Origin: Mobula birostris | Taxonomy: Eukaryota | Length of the DNA: 64,000 nucleotides | Direction of reading: 5' to 3' | Assembly: GCF_030028105.1 (NCBI RefSeq) | Contig: NC_092397.1 | Location: 42,474,613-42,538,612, forward strand | Shown: one piece after another, positions 14,052 to 26,989 of the stretch | Layout of the letters: the number at the start of each line of letters is the position of its first letter | Numbering within the stretch: the stretch's first letter is position 1 | Notes under the pieces: generated by a model | What the model was told of the DNA's origin: nothing | What the model saw: only the letters and a program-made list of their open reading frames with translations | Database searches by the model: none | Translations under genes and position numbers: made by a program

Positions 14052-17000
14052 CGGATGTGCTGGCATTGCAGAGGCTGGAGTGGAAATTCAAGAGAATGAT
14101 CCCAGGACTGAAAGAGTTAGGATGTAATAATCATTTGATGATCTGGGCCTGTAGTCACTGGAGTCCAGAAGAATGAGGGAGAATCTTATAGAAACACATT
14201 GAATATTGAACGGCCTAGATAGTGTTGATGTGAGAGGATGTTTCCAATAATGGAGGAATCTAGAACCAAACCACTCCCTCAATAAAATAAAGTAGAATGG
14301 AGATGAGTAATTTCTTTAGTCAGAAGGTGATGAATCAATGGATGTCATTTGCATAGGCAACCATAAAGACAGTCAGTAGGTTTATTTAAAGCAGAGGTTA
14401 GTAGATTTTTAATTATTATTAAGGGTATCAAAGTTTATGGATAGAAGGCAGGAGAATGGGGTTGAGAGGGATATATGATGAACAGAACAGACTGAGTGGG
14501 CCAAAAGGCCTAATCCTGCTCCTATGACTTCAGGACTGTTGGTTTATGCGGTGCCATTGTTTAAAAAGGGTAGTGGAAACTACAGGCCTATCACTCTGTA
14601 ATATGTTGGAGTTTCTGAAGAACGGGATCTACCAACATTTGGTTTGAATCAAGACAGTCAGCACAGTTTTGTGCAAGGGAAATCAAGGCAAATTTCTTGC
14701 AGCTCTTTGAGGAGTTTCACAAGAGCGCTGATGATGTTAGGGCTGTGGATATTGTCTATATGGACATTAGCCAGGCCTTTGACTATAGTCTGGAAGGTTA
14801 GATCTAGAAACTGGAATCTGGGGAGATAGTTGATCGATTCCATAATTGCCTCCGTGACAGAAGGCAGAGGCTGATGGTTGAGGGTTGTGTCTCAGACTGG
14901 AGGTGTCTGTCTAGTGGTGTGCCACTGGGTGACAGGACCTTTGTTGTTTGTAATTTATATAAATAATGTCCATGTGAATGTATAGTTCACTGAAAGTGAC
15001 GTCTCAGCTAGATACGGTGGTGAAGATGGGGTTTGATCTGCCGGCCTTCATCATTCATGTCACCGAGTACAAGGGTTGAGAAGAAGTGTTGCAGATACAC
15101 AAGTCTTTGGTGAGGGCTGATCAAAGGAAACCATGCTGACTTTGGCCTATTTTTTCATGTGTTGCCAAGTACCCGAAAATACATCCTTGACAATCGACTC
15201 CATTATCTTCCCAACCACTGAGATCGGACTAACTGGCCTATGATTTGCTTTCTTCTGCCTCCCTCTCTTCTTTAAAAGTGGATGACCTTTGCAATCTTCC
15301 TGTTCTCTGGAACCACACCAGAATCCAGAGATTATGGAAAGATTATTATTAAAACTGCCACAATCTCGTCAGCCACATCTTTCATAGCACTGGTATAGAC
15401 AATCTGGTCCAGGTGAATTACCTACCTTCAGACCTTTCAGTTTCCCAAGGACCATCTCCCTAGTAAAGGCAAAGCAGACTGCTAATGTCTTCCCCACTGA
15501 AGACTGATGCACAATACTTATTCAGTTTGTCTGCCATTTTCCTCTACCCCATTACTACCTCTCCAGTAACAACTTCCAATGAACCAATATCTATCGTTGC
15601 CTCTCTTTTACACTTTGTATATCTGAAGAAACTTTTGGTATCCTCTTTAATACCAGTGGCTGGCTTACCTTCGTATTCCAATTTTTTCCTCTCCTTATGA
15701 CTTTTTTCATTGCCTTTTGTTGGTTTTAAAAGTTATAAATCCTCTGAGAGTCAGGGACATCTCAGAGCAGATACAGAACAGGGGGACGGTGATCATTCAG
15801 CCGGTGATGGTGATTCATGTCAGTACCAATGGACAGGTAGAAAAGGGATGATGTCCCACAGTGAATATAGAGAGTTAGGGAAGAAATTATGGAGCAGAAC
15901 CTGAAAGGTTGTAATCTCCGGGTTACTCCCAGTGCCCTGTGGTGGTAGGGATACAAACCGAAAGTGAGAGCAGATGAATGTGTGGCTGAGGAGCTGATAC
16001 AGGGGCAGGGTTTCTGGATGATGGAACATTGGAACCTCTTCTGGTGCTGGGGTGACCTGTACAAGATGGATAGTTTGCACCTTCACTGGAGGAGGGTCAG
16101 TATCATGAGGTTCATTGCTGCTCCCGATGAGGGTTGAAACGAGATTGACAGGGGGATGTGAAACTGAACACCAGTCACTGAATGGAGAGGTTGAAGCTGA
16201 GTTAGATGCCAAGCACAGCAATATGTAATGATGGATTTTGAGGCAAATCCACATCTGACCTGGAGTTTGTTTAAAGACCAGTGCGGTGTTTTAGGGCCAA
16301 TTTGTTCCAGTAAGAGGGAAGGTCAAGGATGGCAAGGTTCAGAAACCTTGGATGATGAGCCAAGAAGTTAATTTAATCAAGGAGGAGAAGAAACATAACA
16401 CATCAAAGTTGCTGGTGAACGCAGCAGGCCAGGCAGCATCTGTAGGAAGAGGTACAGTCGACGTTCCAGGCCGAGACCCTTCGTCAGGACTGGTCAAGAA
16501 GCATAAGTAAGGCTTAGGAATCTGTAATCAAACAGGGTGTTTGAGGACTATATTTAAAAAACAGGGGAACTCAAGAACGTTTGGAGAGCTGGAAACAGTG
16601 ATGAAAAATCTCAGGCAAGTAGGATTGAAGATAATCCCATTGCATTCCATACATTCGTTGTGGTGAAAAGGATACTTAGGGCTGCACTTTGGGAGATCCA
16701 TGATCAAGGGTGTGTACAGTTAATGGTAGGAACATTAACAGTATTGACAAAGAGAAGGATGTCGAGGTTCAGAGACATCGTTTCCCCAAAACTGGGAGCA
16801 CAGGTTGACAGGGAGGTAAAGTCGGTGTATGGCATGTTTACCTTCATCAGGCAAGGCACTGGGTTCAAGCACCAGGACATTATGTTACAGGTTTATAAAA
16901 TGCTGGTTAGACCACATTGAGAGTATAGTGTTCAGTTCTGATCACCTCATTATAGGAAGCATGTGGAGGGTTTGGAGCAGGATGTCTGGAGGAGGTGTGC

Positions 17001-17310
17001 GCTGAGGAGAGCCTCGACATGCTGAAACTTTTTCTTCTGAAGTGGCGTCGGCTCAGGAGAGATTTGATAGAAACCTGTGGAATTTTGTGTGTCATAGTTG
17101 GTGTGGACAGCCAGTAGTATTTTTCACAAAAGGGATGTATTTAAGCTCAGAGGAAGAAAGTGAAGACAACAGATTGATGGAGACATGGAATGCACTGTCA
17201 GGGGTGGTGGCAGAGGCAGAGAGCACAGGAGTATTTAAGGAAATCTTAGACAGTCACAGGAATATGTAGAGATGGGCCAAAGGGCCACTCCTGTACTGTC
17301 CTTTGTTCTC
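14052..17310. mobile_element. Old CR1 fragments (RT, ORF1 esterase remnant ~15760-16140) with a Penelope-end insertion at ~16395-16492
   Basis: Degenerate CR1 motifs. 16395-16492 is the reverse complement of the Penelope 3' end seen at 45799-45897. Confidence 0.6.
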
Positions 17311-17516
17311 TGAACAGTAGATGGCCCCTGGGCATGGATCAGTGTATGAGACTGGGATATTATATTGAAAAGTTAAAGTCTGTCCCGAGCGTTTAATTCG
17401 CGGAAGGAGAGAAAACGTTACCAGGGGTGGCTCCGGTCGGGGCCGTGACAGATCACAGCCCAGTTACTCTGAACGGAAATCACTCGCTGTTCAGCCCTTC
17501 CACAGGCACCGTGAGT

Positions 17517-17532
17517 GGCTCTGAAAAGAGCC
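17517..17532 (-). terminator. Histone 3' stem-loop (H2A)
   Basis: Minus strand GGCTCT-TTTC-AGAGCC-ACTCA. Confidence 0.95.
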
Positions 17533-17562
17533 TTTGGGTAAATAGGTTCAGCTTACGTCGCT

Positions 17563-18125
<563 letters not shown>

Positions 18126-18816
18126 GCCGGTAAAGGTAGAAGCGCGGAAAGTAACCTTCTCCTCCCCAAAGTGCGCTGAAAAATGGAAAAACCCCGCCAA
18201 AAAAAACTCATTGTTCACATTTAATCTGAAATTAAATCATTGCTGATCTGTTTGACGACTGGGTCTTTGTAATTCCCCCGTTACTGAAATCGGACACATT
18301 TAATGCAAGTGTAGTTGATATTGGAGTGTCTGGGAACTCAAATTTCTAATTTCTTTCAACTCGTAAAGGAACCGAGTAAAACTGACACTCAGCTTCTGTC
18401 CGGTGCCGGTCATTGTGTAAACGTTATCAGGTTATGGACAAACGGCTCTTCTCAAACTGTCCCCAGCGTCTACTCTGCAACTTAAAAAAAAAGTTGTTCT
18501 ATGAAAGAACCGTGTAGTCGTTCCGGCCTCGCATTGAAATGAGATTCAGAGAAGTTACCTAACTGTAACCAATAAACTCCTGAACCCACAGCTAAAACAG
18601 CAACGGCAGCAATCCTCCGCTCGACATGTATACCGGCAGGGACGGACTGATGGGAGGTAACAATTCCGTTTTAGGAATGTTAAACACCGGGATTATACGG
18701 GGAAGATGAACCGGATATTCCAACCACTCTTTAGCTCTTGTAAAAGTCACCACACATAAAACGTGCGCCATGTATTGCTTAAATGCTGGTACAACTCTCT
18801 CAGTGAAATCGTGAGT

Positions 18817-18832
18817 GGCTCTTAAAAGAGCC
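18817..18832 (-). terminator. Histone 3' stem-loop (H2B copy 1)
   Basis: Minus strand GGCTCT-TTTA-AGAGCC. Confidence 0.95.
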
Positions 18833-18863
18833 GTTGTGTTTTCGATCATCTCACTGGGGAGCT

Positions 18864-19238
18864 TTACTTGGAGCTGGTGTACTTGGTCACCGCCTTTGTC
18901 CCTTCGGACACGGCGTGCTTGGCCAGCTCCCCGGGCAGCAACAGACGCACGGCGGTCTGGACCTCCCGTGAGGTGATGGTTGACCGCTTATTGTAATGGG
19001 CCAGGCGGGAAGCCTCGCCCCCAATGCGCTCGAAGATATCGTTGACGAACGAGTTCATGATGCTCATGGCCTTGGAGGAGATGCCAGTATCGGGGTGAAC
19101 CTGCTTCATCACTTTGTAGATGTAGATGGAGTAACTCTCCTTCCTCAGCCTCTTGCGCTTCTTCCCTGCCTTGCCCGCTGGTTTGGGCAGAGCTTTCTTG
19201 GCGCCCTTCTTCGGAGCGGGTTTCGCTGTCTCAGGCAT
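18864..19238 (-). CDS. H2B: Histone H2B (copy 1)
   Basis: 124 aa, [12 protein letters not shown]...AVTKYTSSK. Confidence 0.98.
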   Translation of the reverse strand: MPETAKPAPKKGAKKALPKPAGKAGKKRKRLRKESYSIYIYKVMKQVHPDTGISSKAMSIMNSFVNDIFERIGGEASRLAHYNKRSTITSREVQTAVRLLLPGELAKHAVSEGTKAVTKYTSSK

Positions 19239-19287
19239 TTCAGCTGACCGCTTCAGAAGCAGAAATAAGCAAATCGCGCTCCCAGGA

Positions 19288-19425
19288 CGAATTAAATAGG
19301 CAGCGCCCAGAGGTGTATGCTAATGAGGGATGGGATGCCGAGGATTCTCAATGGCTATTTGAAGCAAAGATTCACGCAGTAAAATCATTTGATTGGATAG
19401 CTGAAGAAATTCGTTTAACCAATCA
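19288..19425 (-). promoter_or_regulatory. H2B promoter with octamer-like H2B box
   Basis: Minus-strand TATTTAA at ~19292-19298, ATGCTAAT octamer variant at ~19317-19324, ATTGG at ~19392 and CCAAT at ~19419. Confidence 0.75.
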
Positions 19426-19912
19426 GGACTCCCTCTCCACTACCCCGTGTTCGGTCTGGGTACACCGTGGACTGGGAACTGTCGCTGATCTGGTGAGTTG
19501 CCGCTGCCGGTTATTTCGGCAGGAAGGAAATCTAAAGTACAAAATGGACCAACTACAGCGGCAGTATTCGGCCATTCGGCCCATCGTATCTGCTAGAAAA
19601 GCAGATGGAATGAGAAAAACACGCACCTGATAATATGAGACGTTTCTGTAATGAAACAGGGCAGCAGGAGACCGAAGCTCAAATGGACCAGGTGAAAGAT
19701 AAATTTACTGCAGCAGCATCATAAACACATAGTATCCACGATACAGCGCTTACAAGAACTAAACTTGCTGTACAGAATTGTAAAAAGATAAGAGAATTTG
19801 AATATCAAGACAGTCCATTGCAGTGTAAATTGATCAAAGTGGTGCTGTCTTGAGGTGGGGAGGAGCGTTGTTCGGGTTTGTTAAAGTACGTAATGTCTGT
19901 ATATTACGTACA

Positions 19913-20139
19913 GGGTTCATTCTGTACTCGTCAGTCTCTGGTACAGTGTGAGAGTGTGGGGTTCATTCTGTACCCGTCAGTCTCTGGTACAGTGTGAGAG
20001 GGTGGGGTTCATTCTGTACCTGTCAGTCTCTGGTACAGTGTGAGAGTGTGGGGTTCATTCTGTCCCTGTCAGTCTCTGGTACAGTGTGAGAGTGTGGGGT
20101 TCATTCTGTACCTGTCAGTCTCTGGTACAGTGTGGGAGT
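19913..20139 (+). repeat. Minisatellite, ~5 copies of 46 bp
   Basis: Unit gggttcattctgtacctgtcagtctctggtacagtgtgagagtgtg at 19913, 19959, 20005, 20051 and 20097. Confidence 0.95.
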
Positions 20140-20259
20140 TGATACTTGGCACTGTCTCTCTCCCAGTCTCTCATGCAGTGTAAGTGTATATAAGTTCTTT
20201 CAGATTCATCCTCACAATTGAATTCTTTTTAGCTTTTTAAACAATATCATACAATGCGA

Positions 20260-20696
20260 TGTGGCCACACATTTGTCGGAGGAACAACACCTTATGGGTG
20301 GTTTCCAACCTGACGGAATGAACATCGAACTCTCGCATTTCTGGCATAATGCCTCCCGCTGCCCCCCCCCCCTTCACCATTTCCCATCATCTTGCCCACC
20401 CACCATCTCCCTCTGGTGCTCCTCCCCCATTTCTTTCTTCCATGGCCTCCTGTCTCTTTCACTAATCAACTTCCCAGCCCCCTACAGCTTTCACACTCAC
20501 CTTATTTTCTCTCTCCCCTTCTCCACCTTTTAAATCTACTCCTCACATTTTCTCCTTTAGTCCTGCCAAAGGGTTTTGGCCCAAATCATTGGCTGTACTT
20601 TTTTTTCTATAGATGCTGCCTGACCCACTGAGTTTGTTCAGTGTTTTGTGTGTGTTGCTTGGATTTCCAGCAACTGTAGATTTTCTCTTGTTTGTG
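20260..20696 (+). mobile_element. Penelope-like element 3' fragment
   Basis: EEQHL...FQPDGMNIE C-terminus, pyrimidine-rich UTR and terminal gatgctgcctg motif, as in 45400-45897. Confidence 0.75.
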
Positions 20697-21970
20697 ACAC
20701 AATGCTGTACATCAGTATATCAGGAATGATGTATCTGGTTACATTGTACTAATCTGAATGGACTTTGGAGCAGAGCATCCAGAGCAACAAGTCCAGACCA
20801 TTGAATCCAACTCTGGTCTTGTGATAAATATGTAACTTTCCTCAAGTCTCTGTCTGGGAGGGATTGAATGGTGTGTATCGTGGAGCAACATTCGGGCTGA
20901 TGGAACTGAGAATGATTTTGACTGTAGATATGCAACCAGTGTGTCCACAGTGATCAGTGATGGGACCTCTGCCTGACCAGATCAAAACACACATGGGCTG
21001 ATCAGATTGCTGATGACATGAATGTTGGTGTAGTTGTGGGTGGTGAGGAAAGTTTTTAAATGGACACAAGTGGATATAGATCAATTGGAATCATGGATGG
21101 AGAAATGGGGGAAATGGATTTTAATCTGGACAAGTGCGGAGTTTTACAGGTAAAATGTTGGAAGAAACTCCACAGTAAATGGCAGCACCCTTAGGAGCAC
21201 TAACACACGAGAGAACTTGATGTGTTTCTCTGTATCATCCTGCAAGTGTCACTAAAAGGAAGTAAACTGCTCTAAAGATCACAGAGGGGGAGCAGTAAGA
21301 GGATTCAGTGGGGGTGGGGTCACTGTAGGGTAATGTCATGGCTGGAAATGTGTAATTAATGACCACTGACATTCTGTTGTGTTTCTCTTTTAGAAGCTGG
21401 ACTGCTGTTATAATGTAAGTATGTGAAGTTTTTTTTTAAACTGTGCTTTATGTTTCTGTATTTGGAGGACAATTAATGAGTTGTTATGGTTTTCCTGAAA
21501 CAGAAAATGCCTCATGCCATTTTATTTGTAAAAGCCTTCACACTGCAAGAATACCGCAGTGTCAATCTGCAACAAGAAAGCCTGGTCACATTCTCTTGAG
21601 GTTCAATGGCATTTCTGACTCAGTTTACTGCCGTCGAATGCCAGCAGGGTCACAATCAGCAGAAACTCTCACAAAGCAGCTGTTTGTATTGTGTGCTTTA
21701 GTAGGTCTGTGGGAGATACCCAGAATGTGAAGCTATAGTAACGGAGAGACACACTGAGCCAAGTCACAGCTTGATGGGCAGAGAGGAAAACAGAGAATTT
21801 GATGTTGTGTCCTTATGCCTGAACTATGGCCAGTTAGAAGTGTTGTTCCTCCGGACAGTGTTCAGCCTCACTGTAACAGTGTGACATCAGACATCAACAT
21901 GAAAACTAAAATAATCTCACTGAGATATATTCTCTTTCACCTGTTGATCTTCTTTGCAAACATTTTACAG

Positions 21971-22560
21971 GGCAGAAAAGGCAAAGAATTTCTGTCTGAG
22001 AATCTCAAATGCAACAGCGTGTCACTTCTGCTGTGTCTGTCAGTTCCCCAGCATTTGAATGCTACCAATCACTGAATATGAAGGGGGAGATGGTTGAGAA
22101 GACAGCACACCAGAGTCCCAATATGTGGACTCCTCCATGGACTGACCTAATAAATGGCCATAGAGTTGATACCAGTGAGTTGACGTTCACCACCTCTCAT
22201 TTTGGAAGGGATTCACCAGGCCACTGCACCTGCAGATACACCAGCCAATTCACATGGGGAGAGGCCATTCACCTGCTCCGTGTGTGGGACGGGATTAATT
22301 CAGTCCCATGAGCTCTTACAACACCAGCCAGTTCACACCGGTGAGCAGCTAGACTTGGCTCTGTTGTCTCTGTTTCTCAGTAAAGCTTCACACCTGTTCC
22401 GAGTGTGGGAGGAGATTCAGTCAGTTCACCCACCGTGTGAGGCTCCAGTGAGTTTACAATTCATAGAGGACACACTTCTGTCCTGAGTCAGCAAAGAAAT
22501 TTACTCAAGTCATCCCACCTGCTGAAACATCAGCAACTTCACATCAGGGAGGAAGTTAAA
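21971..22560 (+). pseudogene. C2H2 zinc-finger gene remnant (~4 degenerate fingers)
   Basis: One intact finger [31 protein letters not shown]. Neighbours [11 protein letters not shown] and SSHLLKHQQLH carry frameshifts and stops. Splice acceptor ttttacag ends at 21970. Confidence 0.8.
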
Positions 22561-23104
22561 ATAAGCTGTATATGGGACTGTTAATGTCAGATTCCACAGA
22601 TCTTGTGGCTGGTCATCAGACCCAGGACTGAACCCTGGTCACTGAGCATTGAGGGGGTTCATCCCACCATCTTAAAATACACTGGTGTTTAATATTGTGG
22701 ATCTGTCGTAGACAAATAGATCAATTCCATTTCAAATCCTGTGTCTCAGGTGCTTCCTCCCTGTCACACCGATAATGAACAGTCCAGAGGCCACTCAGTC
22801 CAGCTGGTACCTGCTTGTGTTCCTATTGCACACCAGAGCTTTCAACCCCCTCCCTGCTGTTCACCACTCACTCACCCTATAATGTTCAGGATATAACTGG
22901 TCACCGGTCTGGCGATGAAGAGGTTTACCTTGAATTCACTCCACGACTTTCTGTAAACTGCAGAGGATTAATTTACTGGGGTTTTCTCCCAAATATTCTT
23001 CATCCCTCACGGCTCTGGACCAAGGCTGAAGTCTTGTGTTGTTAAAATCTTCCGCTCCTGCTCTGAAACTGATTGACTGAACAAAAAAAAAAAAAAAAGG
23101 TTTA

Positions 23105-23252
23105 TGTTTGCAAAATGCTGGAGGGAGTCAGTGGCCCCGGCAGCATCTATGGAGAGGAATAAATGGTTGATATTATGGGCCAAGACACTTCATCCTATCT
23201 AGACTGTGTATTTGTCTGCTTAGATGCTGCCTGACCTGCTGAGTTCCCGCAG

Positions 23253-23300
<48 letters not shown>

Positions 23301-23340
23301 TTACAGTTTATTCCCAGCATCTGCTGAACCTCGAGTTTCA
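23105..23340. mobile_element. Palindromic Penelope-terminus-derived element containing (TG)n at 23256-23296
   Basis: aaaatgctggagggagtcag...gcagcatcta and tagatgctgcctgacctgctgagttcc form inverted repeats; ~20 TG units. Confidence 0.65.
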
Positions 23341-23407
23341 TATCTGCATTTCAAAGTGAGTGGGACTTTGACAGTTGTCACACAAAATGCCTGTTGACAT
23401 TGAGAAA

Positions 23408-23935
23408 TAAACAGGAGAAAATCTGCAGATGCTGGAAATCCAAGGAACACACACAATGCAGGAAAAACTGCCAGCCAGGCAGCATCTATGGATAAAAGTA
23501 CAGCTGACATTTTGGGCCGAGATTCTTCAGCAGGACTGGAGAAAAACAATGAGGAGTAAATTTTAAAGGTGGGGAGGGGAGAGAGAAACACAAAGTGACA
23601 CGTGGAACTGGGAGGGGGAGAGATGAAGTAAAGAGCTGGGAAATTGATCGGTGAAAGAGATACAGAACTGGAGAAGGGGGAGTCTGACAGGAGAGAACAG
23701 AAGGCCATGGATGAAAGAAAAGGTGGGAAGAACACCAGAGGGAGGCGATGGGCAGGCAATGAGAGGGAAAGGGGGATGGGGAATGATGAGCAAGGAGAGG
23801 CATGACTGGAAGATCAAGAAGTCGATGTTAATGCCATCAGATTGGAGGCTGCCCAGACAGAATACAAGGTGTTGTTCCTCCTACCTGAGTGTGGCCTCAT
23901 TGTGACAGTATACGAGGCCATGGATTGACATCTCC
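23408..23935 (-). mobile_element. Penelope-like element 3' fragment
   Basis: Reverse complement resembles 45370-45897, including a decayed hammerhead at ~23501-23538. Confidence 0.75.
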
Positions 23936-23989
23936 ATTGAGTATATTGTTTGTGGAAGCTTGCTGTGTTCAAGTAGCTGCTGAGTTTTC

Positions 23990-25745
23990 TGCATAAAATC
24001 ATTGACTGATTTTGAAACATGTGGCATGGAACCAGCACTTGCCCCTCAAATTAATCCAGTATGTTAACAACAGCACATCACCTCCCTTTTCCAGAATATA
24101 ATTCAACCACACTATTACCATCCATGCCGTAAGTTTACACAAATGGGACGTCAGTGATATTGGTCTATATCTAGGAGGATCCAACAGGGGGTTCCCAGGT
24201 TTTAGAATAGACACTACAATTGCCATTTTCCACGAGGAGGGAAGATGGCCTGACCTCCAATTATGATTTTAAAAATGTAATATTATCTCAAGAGTTGTTG
24301 ACCATATGTTTAAACATGCATCATCCTTTCCTGGAGCTGTCTGACCTGTACTATAAATAACTTTCTTAAATTCACACAAAGAAAACTCTACATAACTAAT
24401 ACTATCATTGCTACAGCTGGTTTCCAACACATTAAAGTATTCTTGTAAAACCTTATCGCTACATTGTTTAGTCTCTCTACCCATTTTGATTATGAATTGC
24501 AGCAAATGACCGAGCCAGGACTCAACCGTCTCTCTTTCAGGAACAATTGTATCACCTCCTTTAATCAATATTCGGAACCCTATGAATCCCACACCCCCAT
24601 TTTCTTAGTCATTCCCCAAACATCTTCAAGTTTAATAGTCCTTCCAATACTTTCACAATATGACCTCCAGTAAATGTTTTTCACAAGCTTCATTACTTTC
24701 CTCACCACGGCCTGTGACCTGTTACACTTAATATGATCAGGAGGGGAGTGATACTTCGTAACTTTCGGAAATGCCACGTTTCTCTCAGTAACTGCCTCTG
24801 CACACTCCTCCGTCCACCACGGTACAGCTTTTCTCCCACTAATGCACTTTTTAAATTGAATCTCTGCCACCACTATTTGATGAATAATGTGACAACGTTT
24901 CTTTGCAGAAATCCACATCATCCTCACCATTCAGCCCAGACAGACGCTCAGCACATAAAACATTCGAACTTCTCCCAATATGCTTTACCAGAGTTCCACC
25001 TCCTAAAAGTGGCCTCATGCCCCCTATATAAATCCAAACCCAAGCTTATAAACATAGGAAAATGATCACTCCCCAATGCTTCATCTCCCATGACATCCCA
25101 CTACTCACTCCAATGTTCAAAACTAAAGTTAAATTTACAGCATTTTCAGAACTATTATGAACATTAAATCTCATACCTCTCCCACCATAAAGACTAACAG
25201 GATCTGATACTCTTCTATAAACAAAATATCACCAATCTGAGAACAACCCCACAGTGAACTATGTGTTAAAATCCCCACACCATACAACCCTTAGTGAGCT
25301 AGAGCTACATATACTCTCCAACAACTCAATCGGAAGCTTTCCACAATGTTTATAATAACACACAAACACGAGGAAATCTACAGATGCTGGAATTTCAAGC
25401 AACACGCATAAAAGTTGCTGGTGAACGCAGCATCTCTAGCAAGAGGTACAGTCGACGTTATAATAATATACCACTTTATTGCCCCTACCTGTGGAATCAA
25501 ATGTGTCTTCAAATGCCTCATACATTTCATTTACATCCACAAATCTATGCTCTCTCCCTCTCATTAAAAAACTTGCAACACCACCTCCTCTACCAATTAA
25601 TCTATCACGCTTAATTACAATATAACACTGGAAGGAAGAACTTAAATGCGATAACGATCAGGTTTCCTGAATACATATAACATCACATAGATTTGATAAA
25701 TCAGAAATAAAAGAAGTTTTTACCATTAGAAATCAGGCTTCTGGA
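23990..25745 (-). mobile_element. I/Nimb-like LINE ORF2 fragment (endonuclease to early RT), with a Penelope end inserted at ~25355-25458
   Basis: AVPWWTEECAEAV, APGKDD and KPGNP...YRPISLTSHLCKL. Same family as 47200-49390. Clade assignment is tentative. Confidence 0.65.
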
Positions 25746-25751
25746 AATCGC

Positions 25752-26160
25752 CCTTCTGATACAGGCGGGGGATGCGGAATGTAGTGGGGCGTTTATGATT
25801 GGTGAAACAGTGCCTGATCTGATTGGAAAGAGCAAATATTCCAATCACAGAGCTGCCTTATTCACCAATCAAGAGACAGCAACTGTAGAAGCGCGGAAAA
25901 TACCGTCTAACCGCCGAAATAAACTGAAATTTGCAAAACACCGCCAAAAAAGCCTTTGTTGCTGAAATTAAACCACAACAGGTTTGTTTGTCGGCTCTTT
26001 ACCCCCGTTACTGGAGTCCGACACACTTAAACAAAGTGTAGTTAACATTGCGATGGTGTCTGGGACATTAGTTCACCGATATCTTTCAATTGATAAACGA
26101 TTGGAATAAAACCGATTCTCATCTGCTGTTCGCGGTCGATCATTGTGTAAACTCAAATCA
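25752..26160 (-). promoter_or_regulatory. Orphan H2A promoter and spacer (no H2A CDS)
   Basis: ATTGG at 25798 and 25822 and CCAAT at 25841 and 25865 have the same 24/19/24 spacing as the intact H2A promoter; shared caccaatcaagag...gtagaagcgcggaaa. Confidence 0.8.
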
Positions 26161-26561
26161 GTTTAGCAACGGGTCGCCCGTCAGAAAGTGGAGCTTTAAC
26201 AAATACTCTGAACGACCCGTGACAGTGTTCAGCTCTCGCGTTGGAACGGGGTTAAGAGAAGTAACCAAAATGGGACAAAGCTTAATGAACCCACGGTAAT
26301 TAAACCAGAAACAACAATTAGCGTCCACATCAGAGAAATGTGATAACCGAGAGGAAGCGACGGGGAAAGGGGTGCATAACGATTCCGTGTCTGTGCCGTT
26401 GGCAGGAATTAACAGAGAAATTGTGATTATACTGAGCAGCGGACAGCAAGTTCTGATTAACGGGGGTAAGATTCTGAATGAGCATTTCAACAAAAAAAAT
26501 TCCAAATTTACCTTAATTCCACGTCTCAACATTGTGTAACTCTTTTAATGAAACCGTGAGT

Positions 26562-26577
26562 GGCTCTTAAAAGAGCC
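26562..26577 (-). terminator. Histone 3' stem-loop (H2B copy 2)
   Basis: Minus strand GGCTCT-TTTA-AGAGCC-ACTCA. Confidence 0.95.
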
Positions 26578-26614
26578 TTTGATTTTCCAGTTTGTTTTGT
26601 CAGTAAACTTGTCT

Positions 26615-26989
26615 TCACTTGGAGCTGGTGTACTTGGTCACCGCCTTTGTCCCTTCGGACACGGCGTGCTTGGCCAGCTCCCCGGGCAGCAGCAGCCGCA
26701 CGGCGGTCTGGATCTCCCGGGAGCTGATGGTTGACCGCTTGTTGTAATGGGCCAGGCGGGAAGCCTCGCCCGCGATGCGCTCGAAAATATCGTTGACGAA
26801 TGAATTCATGATACTCATGGCCTTGGAGGAGATGCCGGTGTCGGGGTGAACCTGCTTCATTACTTTGTAGATGTAGATGGCGTAAGTCTCCTTCCTCGAC
26901 CTCTTGCGCTTCTTGCCAGTCTTGCTCGCTGGTTTGGACAAAGCTTTCTTGGCGCCCTTCTTGGGAGCGGGTTTCGCTGGATCAGGCAT
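26615..26989 (-). CDS. H2B: Histone H2B (copy 2)
   Basis: 124 aa from the ATG at 26989, [12 protein letters not shown]...KYTSSK. Promoter at 27040-27130 is homologous to copy 1. Confidence 0.98.
   Translation of the reverse strand: MPDPAKPAPKKGAKKALSKPASKTGKKRKRSRKETYAIYIYKVMKQVHPDTGISSKAMSIMNSFVNDIFERIAGEASRLAHYNKRSTISSREIQTAVRLLLPGELAKHAVSEGTKAVTKYTSSK

Noticed and set aside
19913-20139. CRISPR-like regular repeat
   Set aside because: Units are contiguous with no unique spacers, and the context is eukaryotic with no cas genes.
23167-23196. Additional hammerhead copy (also the truncated end at ~25448-25458)
   Set aside because: The core is too degraded or truncated to count as the motif.
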